From: a virus
Taxonomy: Duplodnaviria > Caudoviricetes
DNA: 64,000 bases
Virus record (IMG/VR): IMGVR_UViG_3300042402_003469
Span: 1,040 to 65,039 of that record
Reading direction: 5' to 3' (one strand)
Part shown: positions 49,727-58,559 of the stretch, piece after piece
How the letters are laid out: the number at the start of each line of letters is the position of its first letter
How positions within the stretch are numbered: position 1 is the first letter of the stretch
Made by a program: the position numbers and the translations under genes
The notes under the pieces: model-generated
The model's database searches: none
The model's input: the letters and a program-made list of their open reading frames with translations, nothing else
Told to the model about the DNA's origin: nothing

Positions 49727-50737
49727 GTGACTAAAACATTATTAGTTGACGGTAACAATTTACTAAAAATAGGATTTCACGGGGTAAAAGATTTTTACCA
49801 CAATGGAGAACACGTTGGAGGGATATGGCATTTCATCAACACTCTACGTAAATTTATTGAAGAATATAACTACGACAAAGTTGTGGTATTTTGGGATGGA
49901 GAAAGTAGTTCATCCGCAAGAAAATTAATTTACCCACAATATAAAGAAAATAGACATTCCGAAACAAATGTTTATAAGGAAGATTCTTTCACAAAACAGA
50001 AAGAACGAATTAAAGAATATTTGGAGGAAATGTTTGTAAGACAGATAGACATTGACAATAATGAGGCTGATGATTTAATTGCCTATTATTGTCAGGTGTC
50101 TCCTGATGAAAATAAGACAATATTTTCAGGTGATAGGGACTTAACACAGTTAATCTCAGAACGTGTCTCTATCTATTCCCCAAACACTAAGACAATGTAT
50201 AAGAACGGTGATAAGATTAAAGTTTATCACTATGAATTTCCGCATCAAAATATTAAAACATATAAAATATTATCGGGAGATAAATCAGATAATATAGATG
50301 GTATCTATTATTTGGGTGAGAAAACTTTAGTTAAATTATTCCCTGAGCTACTTGAAAATACGGTAAATGTTTCCGATATTTTAACAAAGGCTCAAATGTT
50401 ATTTGAAACGGATAAAAACAATACTGCTTTAAATAATTTATTAACGGGAAAAACAAAAAGAGGAATTTATGGGGATGAATTTTTTGAAATCAATGAAAAA
50501 ATTGTAGATTTGTCCAACCCACTGATAACTGACGAGGCTAAGGAATTAGTTGAGTTATATTATCGAGAAAGTTTAGACCCTGATGGTAGAGGGTATAAAA
50601 ACTTAATAAAGATGATGATGGAAAACGGATTCTTTAAATACCTACCAAAGACTGATGACGCTTGGGTTAACTTCATCAGACCTTTTATGAAACTAACCCG
50701 AAAAGAAAAAAGAAATTATAAAACAAATAAAAATTAA
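49727..50737 (+). CDS. 5'-3' exonuclease/flap endonuclease (T4 RNase H, PolI N-terminal-like), GTG start
   Basis: LLVDGNN, YKENR, EADDLI, SGDRDLTQL, GDKSDNI.GI..LGEKT. Confidence 0.9.
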   Translation: MTKTLLVDGNNLLKIGFHGVKDFYHNGEHVGGIWHFINTLRKFIEEYNYDKVVVFWDGESSSSARKLIYPQYKENRHSETNVYKEDSFTKQKERIKEYLEEMFVRQIDIDNNEADDLIAYYCQVSPDENKTIFSGDRDLTQLISERVSIYSPNTKTMYKNGDKIKVYHYEFPHQNIKTYKILSGDKSDNIDGIYYLGEKTLVKLFPELLENTVNVSDILTKAQMLFETDKNNTALNNLLTGKTKRGIYGDEFFEINEKIVDLSNPLITDEAKELVELYYRESLDPDGRGYKNLIKMMMENGFFKYLPKTDDAWVNFIRPFMKLTRKEKRNYKTNKN

Positions 50738-50740
50738 ATT

Positions 50741-51196
50741 ATGACAAAAGAGCAAGACTTAACGAAAATGGAGTTTTTACTTACGTTAAATGACAGAATC
50801 ATTGTACAACGATTTTACAATGTGAAAGGTTTTAATTCATCTGCAAAAAATTCGTTAGAATTATACGAATTTATTAAAGACGTAAAAGACGATTTAGAGT
50901 TGGATTTGAAAAACAGAACAGTTACGTATATGATTGACAACATCAATCAAATTATGGAAGATGAGAACGTTTTAAACACATCAATGACAGATGGTGAAGA
51001 ACACTTTAATTTATTTATTAAGGTTGGTGATGAGACACTTTGTCATAGACAATTCAACGCAAAATTATACCCACCAAAAATAAGATACACCGTAGATGTA
51101 CGCCCGTACCTAAAAACTGTACTTAAGGGTTTGACTGACATTTTTTCAGGTGAAAATTTAACTTATGAATATATAGGCCTTCCGCTTTCAGTATAG
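50741..51196 (+). CDS. Hypothetical protein in the replication operon
   Basis: 151-aa ORF between the exonuclease and helicase genes. Confidence 0.6.
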   Translation: MTKEQDLTKMEFLLTLNDRIIVQRFYNVKGFNSSAKNSLELYEFIKDVKDDLELDLKNRTVTYMIDNINQIMEDENVLNTSMTDGEEHFNLFIKVGDETLCHRQFNAKLYPPKIRYTVDVRPYLKTVLKGLTDIFSGENLTYEYIGLPLSV

Positions 51197-51227
51197 TATT
51201 TATCAATTACACAAACAAATATAGAGT

Positions 51228-52622
51228 ATGAATTCAGGCAAAAATTTTAATTATTTAGGGGAAACTTTCCAACTACAACTTCTTAATCAAACTATCTTAG
51301 ATAAAGAATTCGCTCGCTCAATTATTGATGTTATTGAACTAAATTATTTTGAAAACAAGTATTTTAAAATCATAATTCAGATGATTAAAGAATACTATAA
51401 AAAGTACGAATCAAGTCCATCTTTTGAAACATTAGGTCAAATTGCCAAGTCAGAATTCCAACAGGAATTAGCCGCCAGAATGGTATTAGACACAATTAAT
51501 AAAGTTGCTGAGGCACCTCTTGAGGGTAGTACTTATGTTCAGGAAAAGGCATTGAAATTCTGTAAACAACAAGAGTTACAGAAAGTGATGACAAAGGCTC
51601 AAAAAATCATTGATGGGGGTGAGTTTGAAAACTACGACACATTAGAAGAAATGGTTAGTAAGGCCTTACAAGTCGGAGAAGTAGATAAGGGAACTGAAGA
51701 TGTATTTCACAATTTAGACGACGTTCTAAATGATGATTATAGACATCCAGTACCTATGGGGATTCCAGGTATTGACAAACTACTTAAAGGTGGTTTGGCT
51801 AAGGGAGAAATCGGTGTAATTTTAGCACCAACAGGCGTAGGTAAATCTACATTATTAACAAAAATTGCTAATCACGGGTTTAACTTAGGTTATAACGTAT
51901 TACAAATATTCTTTGAAGATAACCCAAAGATTATTCAAAGAAAACATTTTACACTTTGGACAGGAATTGCCCCTGATGATATGGCAAATAAAAAAGAAGA
52001 AGTAATGGAGAAAGTTACGGCAATAAAAGAATCTATGCCTAACAAATTAACTCTTAAGAAATTACCTTCTGATACTCTAACTATGATGCAAATCAAGAAT
52101 CAAGTTAGAAAAATGATTGCTGAGGGAAATAAAATTGATATGGTTTTGTTAGATTATATTGATTGTGTTGTCCCTGATAAAAATCTTGGTGACGAATGGA
52201 AGAGTGAGGGGTCTGTGATGAGAGGTTTTGAGGCGATGTGTCACGAGTTGAACATTGTTGGATGGACTGCAACACAAGGAAACCGTTCCTCAATTTCATC
52301 TGAAGTAGTTACCACCGACCAAATGGGTGGTTCTATTAAGAAAGCACAAGTTGGTCACGTTATCATTTCCGTGGCAAAAACTTTACAACAAAAAGAAATG
52401 AAACTAGCTACTATCGCAATTACTAAATCTCGTATTGGTTCCGATGGTGTTGTATTTGAAAACTGTAAATTCGATAACGAACTTATCGAAATTGATACTG
52501 AAAGTTCAGTAACATTTTTAGGATTTGAAGAACAAAAAGAGGAACAAAAGAGAGATAGAGTAAAAGAACTTCTTGAGAAAAGAAAAGAAAGAGAGCAACA
52601 ACAAAAACAAAAACAGTCTTAA
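51228..52622 (+). CDS. Replicative DnaB-like helicase (T4 gp41-like)
   Basis: APTGVGKS, LDYID, WTATQGNR, KSR.G. Confidence 0.9.
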   Translation: MNSGKNFNYLGETFQLQLLNQTILDKEFARSIIDVIELNYFENKYFKIIIQMIKEYYKKYESSPSFETLGQIAKSEFQQELAARMVLDTINKVAEAPLEGSTYVQEKALKFCKQQELQKVMTKAQKIIDGGEFENYDTLEEMVSKALQVGEVDKGTEDVFHNLDDVLNDDYRHPVPMGIPGIDKLLKGGLAKGEIGVILAPTGVGKSTLLTKIANHGFNLGYNVLQIFFEDNPKIIQRKHFTLWTGIAPDDMANKKEEVMEKVTAIKESMPNKLTLKKLPSDTLTMMQIKNQVRKMIAEGNKIDMVLLDYIDCVVPDKNLGDEWKSEGSVMRGFEAMCHELNIVGWTATQGNRSSISSEVVTTDQMGGSIKKAQVGHVIISVAKTLQQKEMKLATIAITKSRIGSDGVVFENCKFDNELIEIDTESSVTFLGFEEQKEEQKRDRVKELLEKRKEREQQQKQKQS

Positions 52623-52644
52623 CAAAAATTAAATTAAAATTACT

Positions 52645-53592
52645 ATGGAAAAAATATTGGTAGAAAATCCCAACAGGTTCGTCATCTTCCCTATCGAACA
52701 CAATGATATTTGGGAGTTTTACAAACAACATCAGGCGGCGTTTTGGACTGCTGAAGAAATTGACTTGACAAACGACATTCGTGATTGGGAAAATTTATCT
52801 GATAATGAAAAATACTTCATTAAAAATATATTATCATTTTTCGCGGCGTCTGACGGAATTGTAAATGAAAATTTAGCGGAGAATTTCCTTAAAGAAGTTC
52901 AATACCCTGAAGCTAAATTCTTCTACGGGTTCCAACTTATGATGGAGAACATTCACTCATTAATGTATTCTCTTCTTATTGACACGTATGTATCAAGTCC
53001 TGAAGAGAAAGATGAGTGTTTCCACGCAATTGACAAATTACCTGCGGTACAAAAGAAAGCAAAATGGGCTTTGGATTGGATTGAAAATTCAACTTTTGAG
53101 GAAAGATTAATTGCTTTTGCCGCGGTTGAAGGTATCTTCTTCTCAGGTTCATTCTGTTCAATCTTCTGGTTAAAGTCAAGAGGAATTATGCAAGGATTAT
53201 GTAATGCTAATTCACTTATTTTTAAAGATGAGAATTTACATTGTGACTTTGCAATTCATTTATTGAATAATCACATTGAAAATAAACCAAGTGAGAAAAG
53301 AATAAGAGAAATCTTATTATCGGCATTGGAGATTGAAAAAGAATTCATTATTGAATCATTACCTGTTTCACTTATTGGTATGAACTCAAACTTAATGAAA
53401 CAATATCTTGAATTTGTAACTGATGGTTTACTAATTAAACTTGGTTGTAAAAAAGAATTTAATGTTGAACAACCATTTAAATTTATGGAACAAATTGCCG
53501 TTGAAACAAAAGGTAATTTTTTCGAATCGAGAACCGTTGAATACCAAAAAGCAAAGTTAGGTGAATCACTTTCATTTACCGATGATTTTTAA
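52645..53592 (+). CDS. nrdB: Ribonucleotide reductase class Ia beta subunit
   Basis: [38 protein letters not shown]. Confidence 0.95.
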   Translation: MEKILVENPNRFVIFPIEHNDIWEFYKQHQAAFWTAEEIDLTNDIRDWENLSDNEKYFIKNILSFFAASDGIVNENLAENFLKEVQYPEAKFFYGFQLMMENIHSLMYSLLIDTYVSSPEEKDECFHAIDKLPAVQKKAKWALDWIENSTFEERLIAFAAVEGIFFSGSFCSIFWLKSRGIMQGLCNANSLIFKDENLHCDFAIHLLNNHIENKPSEKRIREILLSALEIEKEFIIESLPVSLIGMNSNLMKQYLEFVTDGLLIKLGCKKEFNVEQPFKFMEQIAVETKGNFFESRTVEYQKAKLGESLSFTDDF

Positions 53593-53610
53593 TATATAAA
53601 AAAGAGAAAT

Positions 53611-56043
53611 ATGATGTCATTAAGAATAAAAAAGAGAAGTGGAGACGACGCGTCGTTTAACCCACAAAAAATATATCAAAGAATTAAAAGAGCGTCTAAA
53701 GGGCTTAACGTTAATTCAGATGAAATCTTTATTAAGGTGATTACCTCAGTACCGACTGAAGGTTTAATCACAACTAAAGAGTTAGATAAACTTATTTATG
53801 AAATTGCTGCGGCTTATACGGGTAGTCATCACGACTATTCAAGATTAGCTTCGTCAGTGGCAATATCTTCATACCATAAAGAGACTTCTGAGAGTTTTTC
53901 AGAGACTATGCACACATTACACGTTGAAGGTGTAATAAATGACAGGTTAATGGAGATTGTTGAGTCTTATGGTCCAAGTAATATTGATTCGGTAATTAAT
54001 CACGAAAATGATTATAACTTTGATTACTTTGCTTGGAGGTCATTAATTGAAATGTACTTGTTGAAAACACCTCAAGGTAAGGTAATTGAAAGACCTCAAC
54101 ATATGTATATGAGGGTTGCGTTATGGGTTACTAACACTTTTGAAGAGGCCGTTGAGTATTACAAGTCATTATCAAATCAACTTATTTCACCAGCAACACC
54201 AATTATGATTAACTCGGGAACTAAGACTCCTCAGTTAGCATCTTGTGTATTACATTATAATGATTCAGATTCAAGAAACGGATTATTAAACACTTTCAAC
54301 GACATATCAACGTATTCGTCTGACGCGGCAGGTATTGGGTTATGTTTATCTAATATTCGTAGTAAAGAGAGTAGAATTAATTCATCAGGAGGATTCGCGG
54401 GAGGATTATTGAAATATTTGAAAATTGTAAATGAAGGATTAAGATTCTTTAATCAACAAGGTAGAAGACCTGGTAGTGCTGCAATCTATTTAGAACCTTG
54501 GCATAAGGATATTATTGATTTACTTGAGATTAAAAAGAATACAGGTGCTGAGGAATTAAGGGCTCGTGATTTATTTACCGCATTATGGATTCCTGATAAC
54601 TTTATGAAGGCCGTAGAAAATAACGATGATTGGTATTTGTTCTGTCCAAATGATATTATTAAAGCGGGTATTAAACCATTACAAGAATGTTATGGTGACG
54701 AGTACGAAGAAAATTACCGTAAAGCGGTTGAGTTAGGTATTGGTAAAAAAGTGTCGGCTCAAACAATTTGGAATAAAATTATTGAATCACAAGTTGAAAC
54801 AGGGGTTCCTTATTTATGTTCTAAGGATAATGCTAATAGAAAAACTAACCACCAAAATATTGGGGTAATTAAACAATCTAATTTATGTAATGAAATTTAT
54901 CAGTTTACTGATGAGGAGACAACTGCAATATGTACATTATCTTCTATGGTGTTGAAAAACTTTATTGTTGATGGTAAATTTGATTTTAAATTATTATACA
55001 GTGAAGTTAGAAAAGTAGTAAGAGCGTTAAACAACGTTGTAGACAAAAACAACTACTCTACTGACAAAGGACATAAAGGTGGTTTAGAACAAAGAGCGAT
55101 AGCAATTGGAACCCAAGGATTAGCTGACGTATTTTACTTAATGGATTATATCTTCACATCTGAAGAAGCTAAAAATCTTAACAAACAAATTTTTGAAACA
55201 ATTTATTTCGCGGCTATCACTGAAAGTAACGACCTATGTAAAACTGAAAACAGAAAACCTTACAAATTCTTTAATGGTTCACCTATGTCTAAAGGAGATT
55301 TCCAATTTGATATGTGGGGGTTAGGTGAGTCTGATTTATCGGGTATGTTTGATTGGGAATCATTAAAAAATGATGTTAAAAAATACGGTGTTTGTAATTC
55401 ATTATTTACGGCTCAAATGCCTGTGGCATCTTCAGCTAAGATTACAGGTTCGTTTGAAATGACAGAACCAGCTCACTCGGCTTTATTTAACAGAAGAGTT
55501 GTTGGTGGTGAAATTATGATTGTTAACAAGTATTTGATTAACGACTTTGAGAAAATTGGGATTTGGTGTGAGGACTTAAAAAATGAAATCATCTTTAACG
55601 AAGGGTCAATCCAAAAAATTAACTTCAATGCTTACTTAGATACTGAAGATAAAAATTACAATAAAAAAGTTAAGAGAATTGAACATTTAATTCCGAAATA
55701 TAAAACTATTTGGGAAATCTCACAGAAAGAACTTATTGATATGGCGGCCGACAGAGCACCATTCATTGACCAATCACAATCAATGAATATCTATATGTCA
55801 AACCCAACATTATCTAAGATATCTTCATCACACTTCCACTCTTGGAAGAAAGGTTTGAAAACACTTTGTTATTATGTTAGAACGAAGGCGATTTCGACAG
55901 GGGCAAAACATTTGGCAATGGATATTTCAAAAATGGAATCACCTAAGAAAAATGTTGAGGTACCTAAAGTAGATTATAGTAATATGAATCTACCACCAAA
56001 ACCTGAGGGTATTGAGATTGAATGTTTTGGATGTTCGTCTTAA
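53611..56043 (+). CDS. nrdA: Ribonucleotide reductase class Ia alpha subunit with ATP cone
   Basis: N-terminal ATP cone, SPATP, LASC, SNLCNEI, MPVASS, KTLCYYVR, C-terminal CxxC. Confidence 0.95.
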   Translation: MMSLRIKKRSGDDASFNPQKIYQRIKRASKGLNVNSDEIFIKVITSVPTEGLITTKELDKLIYEIAAAYTGSHHDYSRLASSVAISSYHKETSESFSETMHTLHVEGVINDRLMEIVESYGPSNIDSVINHENDYNFDYFAWRSLIEMYLLKTPQGKVIERPQHMYMRVALWVTNTFEEAVEYYKSLSNQLISPATPIMINSGTKTPQLASCVLHYNDSDSRNGLLNTFNDISTYSSDAAGIGLCLSNIRSKESRINSSGGFAGGLLKYLKIVNEGLRFFNQQGRRPGSAAIYLEPWHKDIIDLLEIKKNTGAEELRARDLFTALWIPDNFMKAVENNDDWYLFCPNDIIKAGIKPLQECYGDEYEENYRKAVELGIGKKVSAQTIWNKIIESQVETGVPYLCSKDNANRKTNHQNIGVIKQSNLCNEIYQFTDEETTAICTLSSMVLKNFIVDGKFDFKLLYSEVRKVVRALNNVVDKNNYSTDKGHKGGLEQRAIAIGTQGLADVFYLMDYIFTSEEAKNLNKQIFETIYFAAITESNDLCKTENRKPYKFFNGSPMSKGDFQFDMWGLGESDLSGMFDWESLKNDVKKYGVCNSLFTAQMPVASSAKITGSFEMTEPAHSALFNRRVVGGEIMIVNKYLINDFEKIGIWCEDLKNEIIFNEGSIQKINFNAYLDTEDKNYNKKVKRIEHLIPKYKTIWEISQKELIDMAADRAPFIDQSQSMNIYMSNPTLSKISSSHFHSWKKGLKTLCYYVRTKAISTGAKHLAMDISKMESPKKNVEVPKVDYSNMNLPPKPEGIEIECFGCSS

Positions 56044-56063
56044 TTTAAAATATCACGACAATT

Positions 56064-56089
56064 ATCCCGACACTATGTCGGGATTTTTT
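56064..56089 (+). terminator. Intrinsic terminator after nrdA
   Basis: ATCCCGACA-CTA-TGTCGGGAT-TTTTT. Confidence 0.8.
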
Positions 56090-56135
56090 ATTTTACACTA
56101 TTTATAAGAAATAATCACGACATATATTTATTGAT

Positions 56136-56594
56136 ATGGCAAATGGTAAAACATATGGGATTGCGTTCCCCTTCAACAGTTCTACTGAAGGAGACTATCT
56201 GAAACTAACTCAAACTTCGAATGATGAGATAAGGACAGATTTAATTCACCTACTTCTTACAAGAAAAGGGTCTAGATATTTTTTGCCTGATTTTGGAACT
56301 CGATTATATGAGTATATTTTCGAACCATTAGATACTCCAACATTTAACAGTATTGAATCTGAGATTCGAGAGTCGTGTGAAAAGTATTTACCTCAATTAA
56401 GAATTACCAGCATTAGTGTCAAAGCTTATGTTAGTGAAGAAACTGAAAGTGGTGGTGTAAGTTCAGGTAGTAATACTACTGAGTATAATATGCCAGGTAT
56501 GGGTGCTGATGAATACACCGCTAAGGTTAAAATAGATTACGTAATAACCGACGATGTCTTTAGTAGTAAAGATTTCGTAATCTTAAATATTTAA
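56136..56594 (+). CDS. Baseplate wedge protein (T4 gp25-like)
   Basis: GIAFPF...LLLTRKGSRYFLPDFGTRLYEYIFEP. Confidence 0.9.
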   Translation: MANGKTYGIAFPFNSSTEGDYLKLTQTSNDEIRTDLIHLLLTRKGSRYFLPDFGTRLYEYIFEPLDTPTFNSIESEIRESCEKYLPQLRITSISVKAYVSEETESGGVSSGSNTTEYNMPGMGADEYTAKVKIDYVITDDVFSSKDFVILNI

Positions 56595-56599
56595 TTAAT

Positions 56600-58441
56600 A
56601 TGGCAGAAAAAAGAATATCCTATACCGTAAGGGACTTCCAAGAAGTTAGAACGGAATTAATAAATTTTACAAAAACCTATTATCCTGAGTTAATAGATAA
56701 CTTTAACGACGCTTCTATTTTCTCCGCTTTATTGGATTTAAATGCTGCCGTATCAGACAACTTACATTTCCATATTGATAGAAGTGTCCAAGAAACTGTT
56801 TTACAATATGCTCAACAAAAATCTTCAATATTTAACATCGCAAGAACTTATGGATTAAAACTTCCAGGTCAAAGACCTTCAGTTGCGTTAGTTGATTTCT
56901 CAATTACGGTACCCGCAAATGGTGATAAGGATGATGAGAGATATGAAGGTATATTAAGAAGAGGAAGTCAAGTAACGGGAGTTGGACAAATTTTTGAAAA
57001 CGTATATGATATTGATTTTTCGTCACCATATAATTCACAAGGTTTCCCAAACCGACTTAAAATACCTAACTTTGATGGTAACAATAATTTGATTAGTTAC
57101 ACAATAACTAAAAGAGAATTAGTGGTTAATGGTATTACCAAAGTATTCAAACAAGTTATAACCGCCAATGACGTTAGACCGTTTTTTGAGTTGTTTTTAC
57201 CTGAAAAGAATGTGTTAGGTGTTACATCAGTTATACAGAAAGATGGTACTAACTATGCTAACGTACCTACGGTGTCTGAGTTTTTATCACCCGCAGGTAA
57301 ATGGTATGAAGTTGATGCGTTGGCTCAAGACAGGGTGTTCATTGAGGACTCAACAAAACCAACTGATTTACCTGGCGTTAAAGTTGGGCAATGGGTTGTG
57401 ACTAATGACCGATTTATAACTGAATATACACCTGAAGGATTTTTAAAGATGACTTTTGGTGGAGGTAATACATCTGCGGAAGACCAATTAAGGGAATTTG
57501 CTAGAAGTGGAATTGAAACTTTACCGATGCAGAATTATTTAAATAATTTCTCATTGGGTAGTACATTAAAAGCTAATACCACAATTTTTGTACAGTATAG
57601 AATTGGTGGTGGGTTAGGTACCAATATTGGAGTTAACACTATCAATCAGATTGGTACTGTTTCGTTCTTCGTAAACGGACCTTCTGAATCAACAAATACT
57701 GCGGTGGTTAATTCATTGAGATGTACTAACGTAACCGCAGCAATTGGGGGAGCGGGATTACCTACGTTAGAAGAAATAAGAAATTTTGTATCGTTTAACT
57801 TCTCGGCACAAAACAGAGCGGTTACTATTAATGATTATGAAGCTTTAATTAGAAAAATGCCAGGACAATTTGGTGCACCTGCTAAAGTCTCTGTTGTTGA
57901 GGAAGATAATAAAATTAGAGTTAAGATATTGTCATATGATACTTCAGGTGCTTTAACATCTATAGTCTCAAATACGTTATTAAATAATCTCGCCGAGTAT
58001 CTTTCAAACTATCGTATGATAAACGACTACATTTCAATTGAAACTGCGGATGTGATTGATTTGGCCGTTGAGGTGTCAGTTGTATTGGATGCTAGCCAAA
58101 ATCAAGGGGTTGTTGTTGGTACGATAATTAATAAGATTTCGGATTATTTTAATCCGTCAACAAGACAATTAGGAGGTAACGTTAATATATCTGAAATTAA
58201 TAAAATAATTCAATCTGAGAATGGGGTAATATCTTTAACTGAATTAAAAGTGTTTAATAAAGTAGGGGGAGAATACTCATCTTCAGAAACTTCAATGAAA
58301 TATGCTGATTCTTCTACAAAACAGATAGAACCTACGGATAACACAATCTTCGCACTCCCAACTCAAATCTATCAAATTAGATATCCAAATAAGGATATCA
58401 CGGTTAAGGTTAAGAATTTCCAAACCGTATCAATTAGCTAA
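56600..58441 (+). CDS. Baseplate wedge protein (T4 gp6/baseplate J-like)
   Basis: RDF...L......YP....DF, IARTYG, FGGG, Y.IGGG...N, AQNRAVTINDY. Confidence 0.85.
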   Translation: MAEKRISYTVRDFQEVRTELINFTKTYYPELIDNFNDASIFSALLDLNAAVSDNLHFHIDRSVQETVLQYAQQKSSIFNIARTYGLKLPGQRPSVALVDFSITVPANGDKDDERYEGILRRGSQVTGVGQIFENVYDIDFSSPYNSQGFPNRLKIPNFDGNNNLISYTITKRELVVNGITKVFKQVITANDVRPFFELFLPEKNVLGVTSVIQKDGTNYANVPTVSEFLSPAGKWYEVDALAQDRVFIEDSTKPTDLPGVKVGQWVVTNDRFITEYTPEGFLKMTFGGGNTSAEDQLREFARSGIETLPMQNYLNNFSLGSTLKANTTIFVQYRIGGGLGTNIGVNTINQIGTVSFFVNGPSESTNTAVVNSLRCTNVTAAIGGAGLPTLEEIRNFVSFNFSAQNRAVTINDYEALIRKMPGQFGAPAKVSVVEEDNKIRVKILSYDTSGALTSIVSNTLLNNLAEYLSNYRMINDYISIETADVIDLAVEVSVVLDASQNQGVVVGTIINKISDYFNPSTRQLGGNVNISEINKIIQSENGVISLTELKVFNKVGGEYSSSETSMKYADSSTKQIEPTDNTIFALPTQIYQIRYPNKDITVKVKNFQTVSIS

Positions 58442-58559
58442 GGATTTATTTATTACATTATCTTTTTATGTTTAGAGTAACTTGTTTTTTCTAAACATAA
58501 AAACCAGTGCACAGACTTGAAAAACAGTCTATCAACTATTTATCGATTAAAGGAATATA

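Noticed and set aside
15925-56043. Inteins or introns in polB, helicases, uvsX, nrdA and nrdB
   Set aside because: Lengths are normal and motifs contiguous; no splice-junction or homing-endonuclease motifs seen.
58511-58530. AGACT-N8-AGTCT inverted repeat before the 58560 gene
   Set aside because: A 5-bp stem is within chance expectation and has no U tract.
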